64,000 nucleotides of DNA from an uncultured Pseudomonadota bacterium. GTDB lineage: Bacteria; Babelota; Babeliae; Babelales; Vermiphilaceae. The position numbers and the translations under genes were made by a program. Each line of letters starts with the position of its first letter. Position 1 is the stretch's first letter. Below the pieces are notes generated by a model that searched no databases, was not told where the DNA came from, and worked only from the letters and a program-made list of their open reading frames with translations. The stretch is from NCBI GenBank assembly GCA_964647685.1, contig CAZYJE010000006.1, forward strand, positions 25,624 to 89,623. The letters run 5' to 3'. Below, in pieces: positions 18,416-27,896 of the stretch.

Positions 18416-19069
18416 ATGATAGAGTCTATTAAAACTAATTTATTATGGACAGAAGGTCTTCCAATAGTACTCGTTCTTAGTACTTTAGCTGTTGTTACTT
18501 TTATTTTTTTAAGACCATTTTTTTATATTACCTTTCTTTTATTTGCGTTTAGTTTTTATTTTTTTAGAAATCCAAAACGTGTTTGTAAAGAAGTTTTGAA
18601 TAATTCTTCTTTGTTTGTTTGTCCAGCAGATGGTAAAGTTGTTGGCGTTAACTATGATAAAAACAGTTCTTTCGATGGATTTTCTCAACGTGTTTCTATA
18701 TTTTTATCTCCATTTGATGTTCATGTAAATTGGGCTCCAGTCGATGGTGTTGTTGAAAAAGTTGTTTATAAGCCTGGTCAATTTAAAATGGCATTTTTGC
18801 CAAAAAGTTCAGAACTCAATGAGCGTAATGATGTATGTATTACCGCGAAGAATGGTAAAAAAATGGTTGTCAGACAAATTGCAGGAACAATTGCACGACA
18901 AATTTGTTGTTGGGTTAAAGATAATCAGGATATTAAGCAGGGACAGAAATACGGTATGATTAGATTTGGTTCTCGTGTTGACATTCTTTTGCCTGATGAT
19001 GCTATTATCAATGTGGGAGTAGGTCAACGTGTCTATGGTGGAAAAACTGTTCTTGGTAGGTGGAAGTGA
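18416..19069 (+). CDS. psd: phosphatidylserine decarboxylase, short (archaetidylserine-type) form
   Basis: 217 aa with two N-terminal TM segments and the self-cleavage region GMIRFGSRVDILLP. Confidence 0.85.
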   Translation: MIESIKTNLLWTEGLPIVLVLSTLAVVTFIFLRPFFYITFLLFAFSFYFFRNPKRVCKEVLNNSSLFVCPADGKVVGVNYDKNSSFDGFSQRVSIFLSPFDVHVNWAPVDGVVEKVVYKPGQFKMAFLPKSSELNERNDVCITAKNGKKMVVRQIAGTIARQICCWVKDNQDIKQGQKYGMIRFGSRVDILLPDDAIINVGVGQRVYGGKTVLGRWK

Positions 19070-19779
19070 AAAAAATTAGCATTAGACTCGCTGATGTAAA
19101 AAAAAAGGGAAAAGAAACATTATTTATTATTCCTTATTTTTTTACGTTAGCTAACGCTTGTTTTGGATTTTTATCTATAATTAGTGCATTTGATAAACAA
19201 TTTTCTTTAGCTGCTTATTGTATAATGCTTGCAGCATTAATGGATCTGTGTGACGGAAGACTTGCACGAGCATTTGGTTCTACAAGCTCTATTGGAATGG
19301 AGCTCGATTCTTTGTGTGATGCTGTTTCTTTTTGCTTGGCACCAGCTTTACTACTTTATGTTTGGAAGATTAATAATATATCTTATTTCGGTATAACAAG
19401 TCTTATTGTTTATCTTTGCGCTGGATTGTTGCGACTTGCTCGATTTAATGTGCTTGCAACAACAAATAAAAAAGAAAATTTTGTAGGGCTGCCAACACCT
19501 CTTGCTGCTATTTTTATAGCACAACTAGTTTTGCATTTTGACTTATCATCTTTATCTTTCTTATGGTCTATGATTATAGGTTTTTCATTATTAATGGTTT
19601 CTAATGTTACATTTTTATCATTTAAAAAATCAAAACTATTTTGTTTTATTCTTCCTTTAATTATTGTAGTTTTATTACTCTCTATATTATTTAATTCTTC
19701 TTTATTTTTATTAGGACTTTCTTTTTATATCATTTTAAGTACATTATTTTGTTTATTACATAAACTTGCAGTAATTTAA
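19060..19779 (+). CDS. pssA: CDP-diacylglycerol--serine O-phosphatidyltransferase
   Basis: CDP-alcohol phosphatidyltransferase motif DLCDGRLARAFGSTSSIGMELDSLCDAVSF. GTG start overlaps psd by 10 nt. Confidence 0.88.
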   Translation: MEVKKISIRLADVKKKGKETLFIIPYFFTLANACFGFLSIISAFDKQFSLAAYCIMLAALMDLCDGRLARAFGSTSSIGMELDSLCDAVSFCLAPALLLYVWKINNISYFGITSLIVYLCAGLLRLARFNVLATTNKKENFVGLPTPLAAIFIAQLVLHFDLSSLSFLWSMIIGFSLLMVSNVTFLSFKKSKLFCFILPLIIVVLLLSILFNSSLFLLGLSFYIILSTLFCLLHKLAVI

Positions 19780-19895
19780 ATTGCATAGTTTATTTTTTTT
19801 TACAACAAATATTACAATAAGAAAATTCTTGAAAGAAAAGATTGCTATAAAGTATCATATTAGTAAATAATTTTTATGCGTAAGTAGGTGAAAAT

Positions 19896-20933
19896 ATGTT
19901 TAATAAGTATTTTTTATATTATTTTTTTATTAGTATCTTAACTATTTCTGGCGCAATCATGTCTGATAATGACTGGACCCGTAATTATACAAAATTGTTT
20001 TCGGACAATGAGGTGCAACATAATAAGAACAAAAAACAAATAATTTTTGAAAAACAAAAAACTCCTCTTTTTTCTCAACTTATATTTTCTTGGAATGCTT
20101 TTAGGCCCAAAAAAGGTCATTTTTCTTTTTTTGTTCAATCTCGCAATGCAAAAACGAAACAATGGGGGAAGTGGCATCTTATGTTTGATTGGGGACAAAA
20201 TATTCAAAAATCACATTTTAGTAATTTTCAAGGTGATGATAAATATATGTATGTTCGTTTGGAAGTTGATAAGAAACAGTTAGCTGATAGTTTTCGAATA
20301 AAAATTTTAGCAAATAATGATGCTCATTTAGATAAAGTTAAGCGTTTTTCTGTTTCGGTATCAAATTTTAATGAGTTTAAGCATGAAAACTCTTTTGTAA
20401 TGAATAACTTTTCTTCTGTGCATGTTAAAAAAGTTCCTAAAAAGTCACAACTTATATTAAAACATGAACGGGCTTGTCATATGTGTTCTCCTACTGCATC
20501 AAGTATAGTCGTTGATTATTTTAGTAAAGAGAGGCACAATCCTTTATCATTTGCTAAAAATTCTTTAGATCATGGGCTTAATATTTATGGCAGCTGGCCT
20601 TTTAATGTTGCTCATGCATTTGAATGTTGTAAAGGGAAAGTATTTTTCTCTGTTGTACGTCTTAATTCTTTTATTGATATTTATAGGCAGCTTAAAAAAG
20701 ATATACCAGTTGTTGTAAGTGTCAGAGGTTCATTACCTGGGGCATTAAAAGAATATAATAATGGTCATTTATTAGTAGTTGTTGGATGGGATCAAAAAAA
20801 CAAAAAAGTTATTTGCCATGACCCAGCATTTAAGTCTCATAGAAAAACAGTTAAAAAATATGATATAAAATCTTTTTTAAAAACATGGGAATGTTCTCAT
20901 CGCCTTGCTTATTTACCAGAAATTGCATCATAA
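19896..20933 (+). CDS. secreted protein with C-terminal C39-like (papain-fold) peptidase domain
   Basis: Signal-like N-terminus. VPKKSQ...CHMCSPTASSIVVDYF and GHLLVVVGWD...ICHDP resemble the Cys and His blocks of Peptidase_C39_2-type domains (recalled from memory, not searched). Confidence 0.5.
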   Translation: MFNKYFLYYFFISILTISGAIMSDNDWTRNYTKLFSDNEVQHNKNKKQIIFEKQKTPLFSQLIFSWNAFRPKKGHFSFFVQSRNAKTKQWGKWHLMFDWGQNIQKSHFSNFQGDDKYMYVRLEVDKKQLADSFRIKILANNDAHLDKVKRFSVSVSNFNEFKHENSFVMNNFSSVHVKKVPKKSQLILKHERACHMCSPTASSIVVDYFSKERHNPLSFAKNSLDHGLNIYGSWPFNVAHAFECCKGKVFFSVVRLNSFIDIYRQLKKDIPVVVSVRGSLPGALKEYNNGHLLVVVGWDQKNKKVICHDPAFKSHRKTVKKYDIKSFLKTWECSHRLAYLPEIAS

Positions 20934-20952
20934 ATTATTTTTTGGAGAATGT

Positions 20953-22105
20953 ATGAAGAAACTATATTTTACTTTCATAATCATTTTATTTTGTAATAGT
21001 TTAACTGCTCAAAATTCAAAAAAATATAGCAATACTTTATTTTCTACATATATATATGAAGGGAATAAATCTTTTGATATAGAATATGCCAATCTTTTTT
21101 TGCTTTTTGATAAAAAACCTATTGTAAATTATCTGCCTCAAAAAAATAAGAGTAAAAGTAAAACTATTGAGTTTGTTTTTCCAAAATTATCGATCCAGAG
21201 TAAAAAAGTTCAATTGATGGTTGAGAAAATAAATAACGTTAAAAATAATAATTTTTCTATTTCATTTGAAAAAATTAAAAAACCAATTAATGGAATGAAG
21301 CTTGTAATAAAATATAATTTTGAAAAAATGTTTGTTGATTATAAAGCTTTTGTAAATACATTCTTAAAAAAAAATGGCCTTAAATTTACTTTGTATAATA
21401 AAAGAAAAATAGCATTAATAAAGCAAACAAATAATAAATTGCTGCAAGTTGCTCAATTTAAAAAAAAAAAAACCTTGTATTATTCTTGACTTTGGACATG
21501 GTGGCAATGACCTAGGTGCAAATTTTAAAAATGGTACATTATGTGAAAAAACTGTTTGTTTAGATCTTGGTCTTACTCTTACAAAGTTGCTTAAAAAAAA
21601 AGGCTATGATGTTTTTTTAACACGAGATAAAGATAAAACGGTAAAACTTGCAGAAAGAATTGAAGTAGCTAAAAAGCATAAAAACGCTGATTTTTTTATT
21701 TCTATTCATGCAAATAGTGCTTTGAATAAAAGTGCTTCTGGTGTTGAAACTTTTTATTTCGATTATGATAAATTTAAAACAATGATTCCAGTTTTATCAA
21801 ATGTAAATAAAGCAATTTTATTGTACTATTATAAAAATGTTACAACTAAAAGTAAGAAACTAGCTCAATCTTTACAAAACAATATTCTACTTTTTGCAAA
21901 ACCTCATAATAAATATCTTATTGATAGAAAAATTAAATCCGCATCTAATATATTACTTTCTGCACTAAATATGCCTGCAGTACTTGTAGAGGTTGGTTTT
22001 TTATCTCATGAAAAAGAAGGTTTGCTTTTAAGCACTAAAAAATATCAAAAAATATTAGTTAATGGTATTTATAAGGCAATAGATCAATATTTAAGGAGTA
22101 GTTAA
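20953..22105 (+). pseudogene. N-acetylmuramoyl-L-alanine amidase (Amidase_3) with signal peptide, interrupted by a frameshift in an A13 run
   Basis: ORF 20905..21489 (signal MKKLYFTFIIILFCNSLTAQ from ATG 20953) and ORF 21449..22105 (IILDFGHGGNDLGA, TRDKD, FISIHANS, GVETFY) overlap around A13 at 21460-21472. Removing one A fuses them in frame. Confidence 0.7.
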
Positions 22106-22287
22106 TTTTTTATAAAAGTAATTTTATAGTGTGTTTTGAGAATATTAAAATATTAAAATTACTTTAATTAATAAAATATTCTTTTCTAATCTCGACTCAT
22201 TTGTTAAAGTTAGAGTGTTTTATAAAATATAATTCAATATAAAAATATCATTCATTAACTATTTATTTCTTTATTATTTGAGACATT

Positions 22288-23664
22288 GTGGTAGAAACTA
22301 TTTGGAATCAATTTTTAACTATTGTAAAAGAAGAGGTTGGAAGTCGAGTTGTTGAAACTTGGTTTAAGGCTATTTCTTTATGCCAGTGGGATTCTATCAA
22401 TAACACTGTTTTTTTACAAGCACCCAATACTTTTGTTAAAAACTGGATTGAAAATAAATATAAAGATCTTATTAAAATACATTTAGGTCGACTTCTTCAT
22501 GTAAAAACTTTAAAAATAATATTTCTTGATAATAAAGCTGATAAACATCTCAAAAATTCTGATACTTTTGCAAATGTCGATTTTGTTCCTGCAGTTATTG
22601 ATAGAAAAAAAAATACAGTAACAACAGCAAATAAATTTAAAACATATGGGCCTATTAATAAAACTTATCAATTTGAAACATTTATTGTTGGGCCTAATAA
22701 TTCATTAGCTCGAGCTGCAGCAGAGGCTGTAACTGATAATCCAGGCAAGCTTTATAATCCACTTTTTATCTATGGTGATTCAGGTCTTGGAAAAACACAT
22801 TTGCTTCATGCAATTGGCAACTGTATACGTGCAAAACATAAAGATTTGACTGTTTTGTATCAAACTGCGGATCGATTTGTTAATGAATTTATTAGTGCAA
22901 TTCGATTTAATAAAATGCATAGATTCCAATCAAAATATAATAAAGTTGATGTTTTATTGATTGATGATATTCAATTTATTTCTAATAAAGAGCAAACACA
23001 AGAAGCTTTTTTTCATATTTTTAATACGCTTTATGATTCTCATAAACAAATTGTTTTTTCTAGTGATACTTTTCCTCAAAATATTAATGGTATTGCAGAT
23101 CGACTCAAATCAAGACTTGCTTGGGGGCTTGTTGCAGATATTTATGCTCCAAGTATAGAGATAAAAATTGCAATATTGAAAAAGAAGGCCGATGCTCATG
23201 GTATTAATTTAGATACAGTTATTGCAACATTTATCGCTTCTCGTATTAATTCTAATATTAGAGAGCTTGAAGGAGCTTTAATTAGGATTGTTGCCTTTGC
23301 TTCTTTAACGAAACAAGATATTACATTAGAACTTGCTCAAAAAGTTTTATTGCAATCACTTAATAGCAAAACTCAAATTGTTAATTTTAATAGAGTTGTC
23401 AAATGTATTTCTCGACATTATCCTTATGATTTAGAATCATTGCGTTCTAAAAAAAGAAATAAAAATTTATCTTTTTCTCGTCATCTTGCAATGTTTTTAA
23501 TGAAAGAAGTTACCAATAAATCGTTTAGAGATATTGGTAAATATTTGGGTGGAAGAGATCATTCTACAGTTATGCATGCAGTAAATAAAATAGAAAAATA
23601 TTTATTGAATAATCCAAGTTTTTCTGAGCAAGTACGTAAAATGAAAAAAGAAATTTATACTTAA
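22288..23664 (+). CDS. dnaA: chromosomal replication initiator DnaA
   Basis: 458 aa with a GTG start. It shows the N-terminal WNQFL..VKEEVG...ETWF, Walker A GDSGLGKTHLLHAIG, box VII and the C-terminal DNA-binding domain (GGRDHSTVMHAVNKIE). Confidence 0.95.
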   Translation: MVETIWNQFLTIVKEEVGSRVVETWFKAISLCQWDSINNTVFLQAPNTFVKNWIENKYKDLIKIHLGRLLHVKTLKIIFLDNKADKHLKNSDTFANVDFVPAVIDRKKNTVTTANKFKTYGPINKTYQFETFIVGPNNSLARAAAEAVTDNPGKLYNPLFIYGDSGLGKTHLLHAIGNCIRAKHKDLTVLYQTADRFVNEFISAIRFNKMHRFQSKYNKVDVLLIDDIQFISNKEQTQEAFFHIFNTLYDSHKQIVFSSDTFPQNINGIADRLKSRLAWGLVADIYAPSIEIKIAILKKKADAHGINLDTVIATFIASRINSNIRELEGALIRIVAFASLTKQDITLELAQKVLLQSLNSKTQIVNFNRVVKCISRHYPYDLESLRSKKRNKNLSFSRHLAMFLMKEVTNKSFRDIGKYLGGRDHSTVMHAVNKIEKYLLNNPSFSEQVRKMKKEIYT

Positions 23665-24707
23665 TAGTATAAGTGAAAATCAGATTTTTTTGTTTGTGCT
23701 GCTATTTGTTCTGATTTTGTTCTAAAAAATTGGTCATATGCACATTTTGACATTAAAGATAAGATCCAGTTAATATAGCCTGAAAAGGTTTGTTTTTCTT
23801 TAAATCCAACAAGAGATGGAAAATGTTCTGTGTCAACAATAACCATTTTGTCAGTATTTTTTTCTAAAATAAAATTATTAATATTCGGATCAATTGCCAT
23901 ATCTAAGTAATTACATAATTCCATACAAAACTTTCTATTTTTTCTATTAAAAATAGAAAGTTCTTTTTTTGATAGAATCTTATCTGTAATAATTGCATAT
24001 GTTCCTGGAATAACTGTTTCAATAGATTTTTTGTTGCCAATATTATTGCCTACAATTTTTATCCACCTATTATGTTTTTTATTATCAGGAAGCCAGAACC
24101 ATTTTCGTGGTGTATCAATTATTTTTGACCATTTTCTAGATTTTTTTATTTTTTGTACAATCATTTCTTTGTTTTTAATACGAGTAAATCCCATCAGATG
24201 TCTATTTATTCCGCCAGCCATATTAAAGAAAAATATAGGTTCAAAACCTTTTGTATAAGGCTTTGTAAAACTTTCAGGGTTTTCTATAAATAATTTTACT
24301 ATAAATGGATAATTTTTATATTCTAATACGAGCAGGCCATAACACTTTTTTTTATTAAAATTTTTTTTATGAATAATGTTAAAGTCTGTTAACTGTTTTT
24401 TGCCTAAAAAAAGTTCATTAATTGCTTTTTCTAAGATAGTGCTTAACTCTTTTCCTTCAATTGATTGTTTTGTATTATTGCGAAATGATATTTTAAAAGA
24501 CGGTAATAAATGTTTATTGAAATATGGTTTATTGAAGGTTTGAAAAATTGGATATTCTTCAAGGTGAGAATTGATAAGTCCATATTTTTTTTTTGAGTTA
24601 TTTATCCAGCATGTTGTTATTTTTGGTATTTTTTTGTCTGGTCTATGTGGACTTCTTGTATAAATAATACAAGAGTTTGTTAGTAGAAAAAGTAAAAATA
24701 ATAACAT
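23661..24707 (-). CDS. secreted hypothetical protein, possible protein-kinase-like fold
   Basis: 348 aa with a signal-like N-terminus. Candidate kinase-fold blocks are FIVKL (beta3 Lys), DPNINNFIL (D-x4-N catalytic loop) and IVDTEHF (metal-binding Asp). The CDS is credible; the fold call is speculative. Confidence 0.6.
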   Translation of the reverse strand: MLLFLLFLLTNSCIIYTRSPHRPDKKIPKITTCWINNSKKKYGLINSHLEEYPIFQTFNKPYFNKHLLPSFKISFRNNTKQSIEGKELSTILEKAINELFLGKKQLTDFNIIHKKNFNKKKCYGLLVLEYKNYPFIVKLFIENPESFTKPYTKGFEPIFFFNMAGGINRHLMGFTRIKNKEMIVQKIKKSRKWSKIIDTPRKWFWLPDNKKHNRWIKIVGNNIGNKKSIETVIPGTYAIITDKILSKKELSIFNRKNRKFCMELCNYLDMAIDPNINNFILEKNTDKMVIVDTEHFPSLVGFKEKQTFSGYINWILSLMSKCAYDQFFRTKSEQIAAQTKKSDFHLYY

Positions 24708-24887
24708 GTTTTTCGCAATTTTTATAAAAAATTAAGTTGCATTTTTAAACATCATAAACATATAAAAATGTATTATTACATGTCAAATCTTATTTGATTT
24801 TCAGAGCTGTTGATGTTCCTTATTAAGTTGAGTATGGTAATAAAAAAAGAGTTAAATAAATTAACATATTTTTAAAAAAGGATTGTA

Positions 24888-25415
24888 ATGAAAGGTGAAA
24901 ATTTAAACCGTCAACATGAGATACTTCATCATTTAAACTGTATTCCAAAAAAGATTTTATCGATACACGGAAGAGAAGACATAACAGAATTTGTTTTGAG
25001 AGAACTTTGCCATAAAAGCTGTTTTAATTTTAAAAAAGCAGCTTATTTTGTTCAAAATCCAGATTTTAATTGCTTAAAAGGAGTTGCAGGTTATTTTCAT
25101 AATGAAACACCAACTGTTTGTGATTTATTATGGGAGCATCCAGATAAATTTGTAGATAGACTGCATGGAGCAGATTTTAATACAAAAGTAAGAAAACTTA
25201 ACCAACAAGATTTGAAATTTAAAAACAATCAAGAAGAATGTTTACAAAATATTTCGGAGCAACTGTCAATTCAAAATCCTTCGCATCGTTTGGTAAAAAT
25301 GAAGCATGGAAACAACGGTATTTTGGTTTTTGAAAAAGAAAATAAAGATGAACCAATTATCACTGATTATCTTGACAATGGAATTTCTTTATTAGGATTT
25401 TGTCCTATTTATTAA
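24888..25415 (+). CDS. hypothetical cytoplasmic protein
   Basis: 175 aa with RBS AAAGGA upstream and no signal peptide. It may resemble a small-ligand-binding (GAF-like) fold, but I cannot support that. Confidence 0.5.
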   Translation: MKGENLNRQHEILHHLNCIPKKILSIHGREDITEFVLRELCHKSCFNFKKAAYFVQNPDFNCLKGVAGYFHNETPTVCDLLWEHPDKFVDRLHGADFNTKVRKLNQQDLKFKNNQEECLQNISEQLSIQNPSHRLVKMKHGNNGILVFEKENKDEPIITDYLDNGISLLGFCPIY

Positions 25416-26593
25416 AGAGTTTTTATTAATCCTATAAGTGGTTTTCCACTTAAATATGTTAATGTTGCTCCACCACCAGTTGAGCAATAATTAATTTTTT
25501 TATCAAGACAGAGCTTTTGAGCTACTGCTACTGAGTCTCCTCCAGCTACAATGCTAAATCCATTGGAGTTGCCCATTTCTTTTAATATGTTCTTCATGCC
25601 TTGCAGTGTTGCTATATTCTTTGTGTGTCCAATTGCACCGTTGAAAAACAATGTTTTTGCTTGTCTAATCAAAGGTTGTATTAACTTTTCTGTTTTTGGG
25701 CCAATTGAAACCCCAACACCATTTGATGGAAAATCTTCAGCTTGACTATAAGAAAGTGTCCCATCTAAATTATTTTCTGCTATTTGATAATCAACAGGAA
25801 AAACTATATTTATATTTTTTTCTTCTGCTAGCTTTAAGACTTTTTTACTTTCTTCTTGTAAATAATCATCTACTAAGGATTTACCAACCGGTTTTTTTAG
25901 TGCTTTTAAAAAAGTAAAACAGATTGCAGGGCATAAAATAACTGTTGTTACTTGATTCATTAAGTTTTTTATTAAAGGTAATTTATCTTTAATTTTTCCT
26001 CCACCTATAATCAGAACAAAAGGATTTTCTGCTTTTGTCAGTATTTTGTTAAGCATGTTAAATTCACGTTCAACAAGTAGTCCGACAGTTTTGTTTTCAC
26101 TCTTAAAAAGTTCAGGTACAAGTGTAATGGAAGTATCATCTCTATGAAGAAGTCCAAATGCATCATTAACATAGTAATCAGCAAGATTTGCAAGTTTTTT
26201 GGCAAAAGTTTTATTTTGATTTTGTTCCTCAGGGAAAAATCTTAAATTTTCTAAAAGAAGAATTTTTTTATTTTTAATAAAACTTTTTTGATATGCAGTT
26301 TCTAGATTTGGTTCAAACTCTATATTATAGTTATATTTTTCAAAAACAGTTGATATTTTCTTTGTAGAAAGATGTACTTCTTTTTGCTTTGGTCTACCAA
26401 TATGTGTTGCCAAAATAATTTTACCACCTTTTTGTAAAATTAAATTGATGGTTGGAAAAATTGCTTTTATACGATGCTCTGAAACAATATGATTATTTTC
26501 TATAGGTATGTTTAAATCAGCTCTAAGAAAAATTCTCTTGTCTTTTAGGTCCATTGTAGAAAGTTTAGATGATACGTCTATAATATTTTTCAT
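25412..26593 (-). CDS. pgk: phosphoglycerate kinase
   Basis: RIFLRADLNIP, ATHIGRP, GGGKIKDKL and STGGGATL motifs. ORF track extends to 26665, but the ATG at 26593 (MKNIIDVS...) sits 1 nt after the upstream stop and matches normal Pgk length. Confidence 0.92.
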   Translation of the reverse strand: MKNIIDVSSKLSTMDLKDKRIFLRADLNIPIENNHIVSEHRIKAIFPTINLILQKGGKIILATHIGRPKQKEVHLSTKKISTVFEKYNYNIEFEPNLETAYQKSFIKNKKILLLENLRFFPEEQNQNKTFAKKLANLADYYVNDAFGLLHRDDTSITLVPELFKSENKTVGLLVEREFNMLNKILTKAENPFVLIIGGGKIKDKLPLIKNLMNQVTTVILCPAICFTFLKALKKPVGKSLVDDYLQEESKKVLKLAEEKNINIVFPVDYQIAENNLDGTLSYSQAEDFPSNGVGVSIGPKTEKLIQPLIRQAKTLFFNGAIGHTKNIATLQGMKNILKEMGNSNGFSIVAGGDSVAVAQKLCLDKKINYCSTGGGATLTYLSGKPLIGLIKTL

Positions 26594-26594
26594 A

Positions 26595-27818
26595 TTATCT
26601 TTCAAATCGTAAAACATTAGAAATATTAATATTTTTTGTATTTTTAACCGAAAGCCATGTTGCAATAAAGCTTAATAGTAGAACAACTACAAATGTTATG
26701 ATTAAAATTTCGCTTGTCATTTTAACTGGTAAATAAGAAGCATAATAAGCGTCAGGAAGAGTTATAAAAGGGTAATTATCTAAAATATAAGCAGCAATAA
26801 TAGCAAATAGCAATCCAGATACTGTACTTACAAAAGAAATTATCATTCCTATTGATAAAAAAATATGTGAAATCATTTTATTTGTCATTCCCATTACTTT
26901 TAAAATAGCAATATCCTTACGTTTTTTTGTTATATACATAAATATAAGTGACATAATATTAGTGCTGGCAACAAGTGTTATAAGGCTCAGAAGTAAAAAC
27001 ATTGCATACTTTTCTAATTTTAATGATGAAATAATTGCAGGATACAAGTCTTTCCATGAATAAACATGCATATTAAATCGTTTTTCTAGTTGAGCAATTA
27101 CTTCTTCTGATTTTTTTTCGTCATGAAGCATAAGTGAAAGATGTGTTAACTGAGCATCTTCAAAAAGACTTTTTAAAAAAGAAAGAGAGCAAAAAGCCAT
27201 TGATGCATCAAACTCTTCTATACCCATTGTAAAGATCCCATTTATAAAAGCATCTTTTTGTTCTAATTTTATTTTTTTACTAGTTATCTCATCTTCTGGT
27301 GCAAATAAAAGTGTTATAGAGTCGTTTACTTCAAGGTCAAAATTTTGAGCTAATTTGCTACCAATCATAATTTCATTTTGTTGTAATAACTCAAAAAAAG
27401 ATGCTGTTTGATCATCACTTTTTATTTTCATATTCAGTTGATGATTTTTGTTATTTAAAAAATTAACTCCTTTTAAAATAATTGTTTCATAAGAGTCTTG
27501 CTTGGTAATAACAACCTGTTTTGTAGTGTAAGCATGGATTGATTTTATTTCAGGAAACTCTTTTTTTATTATTTTTTTTATTGTTGCAACATTAAGTGGA
27601 TCATTATTATGAGTGTGCATAGTAATATGACTATGCGCACCTCTGATTGTTTTGTATGTTACATGTTCAAATCCGTTCATTACACTTGCAATTAATGCAA
27701 GAGAAAATGCTCCTATACAAATGCCAAAAAAAGAAATTAGAAACATAGTTGTTATTGTTGGCTCTTTTTTTGTTCCTTTTAAAAAGCGCCAAGAAAGAAG
27801 AAGAGTTAGTTTATTCAT
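26595..27818 (-). CDS. lipoprotein-releasing ABC transporter permease, LolC/LolE family
   Basis: 407 aa. N-terminal SWRFLKG..., a large periplasmic loop, then a C-terminal FtsX-type 3-TM bundle (DIAILKVMGM). Confidence 0.85.
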   Translation of the reverse strand: MNKLTLLLSWRFLKGTKKEPTITTMFLISFFGICIGAFSLALIASVMNGFEHVTYKTIRGAHSHITMHTHNNDPLNVATIKKIIKKEFPEIKSIHAYTTKQVVITKQDSYETIILKGVNFLNNKNHQLNMKIKSDDQTASFFELLQQNEIMIGSKLAQNFDLEVNDSITLLFAPEDEITSKKIKLEQKDAFINGIFTMGIEEFDASMAFCSLSFLKSLFEDAQLTHLSLMLHDEKKSEEVIAQLEKRFNMHVYSWKDLYPAIISSLKLEKYAMFLLLSLITLVASTNIMSLIFMYITKKRKDIAILKVMGMTNKMISHIFLSIGMIISFVSTVSGLLFAIIAAYILDNYPFITLPDAYYASYLPVKMTSEILIITFVVVLLLSFIATWLSVKNTKNINISNVLRFER

Positions 27819-27896
27819 GTTGTTCCTTGTAAAATAATTATCTTTTTTTTAGGATACTAATATTATTTATATACTCTAGAATAAAGAGGTCTATTT

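Noticed and set aside
21449-22105. Amidase ORF as an independent gene starting at TTG 21449.
   Set aside because: The product would lack any export signal, although its substrate is outside the cytoplasmic membrane, and the start sits within the upstream ORF. The frameshift-in-A13 interpretation explains both ORFs.
22106-22287. DnaA-box cluster or DUE upstream of dnaA.
   Set aside because: Reading both strands, I found no 9-mer within one mismatch of TTATCCACA. A proper PWM scan is still needed.
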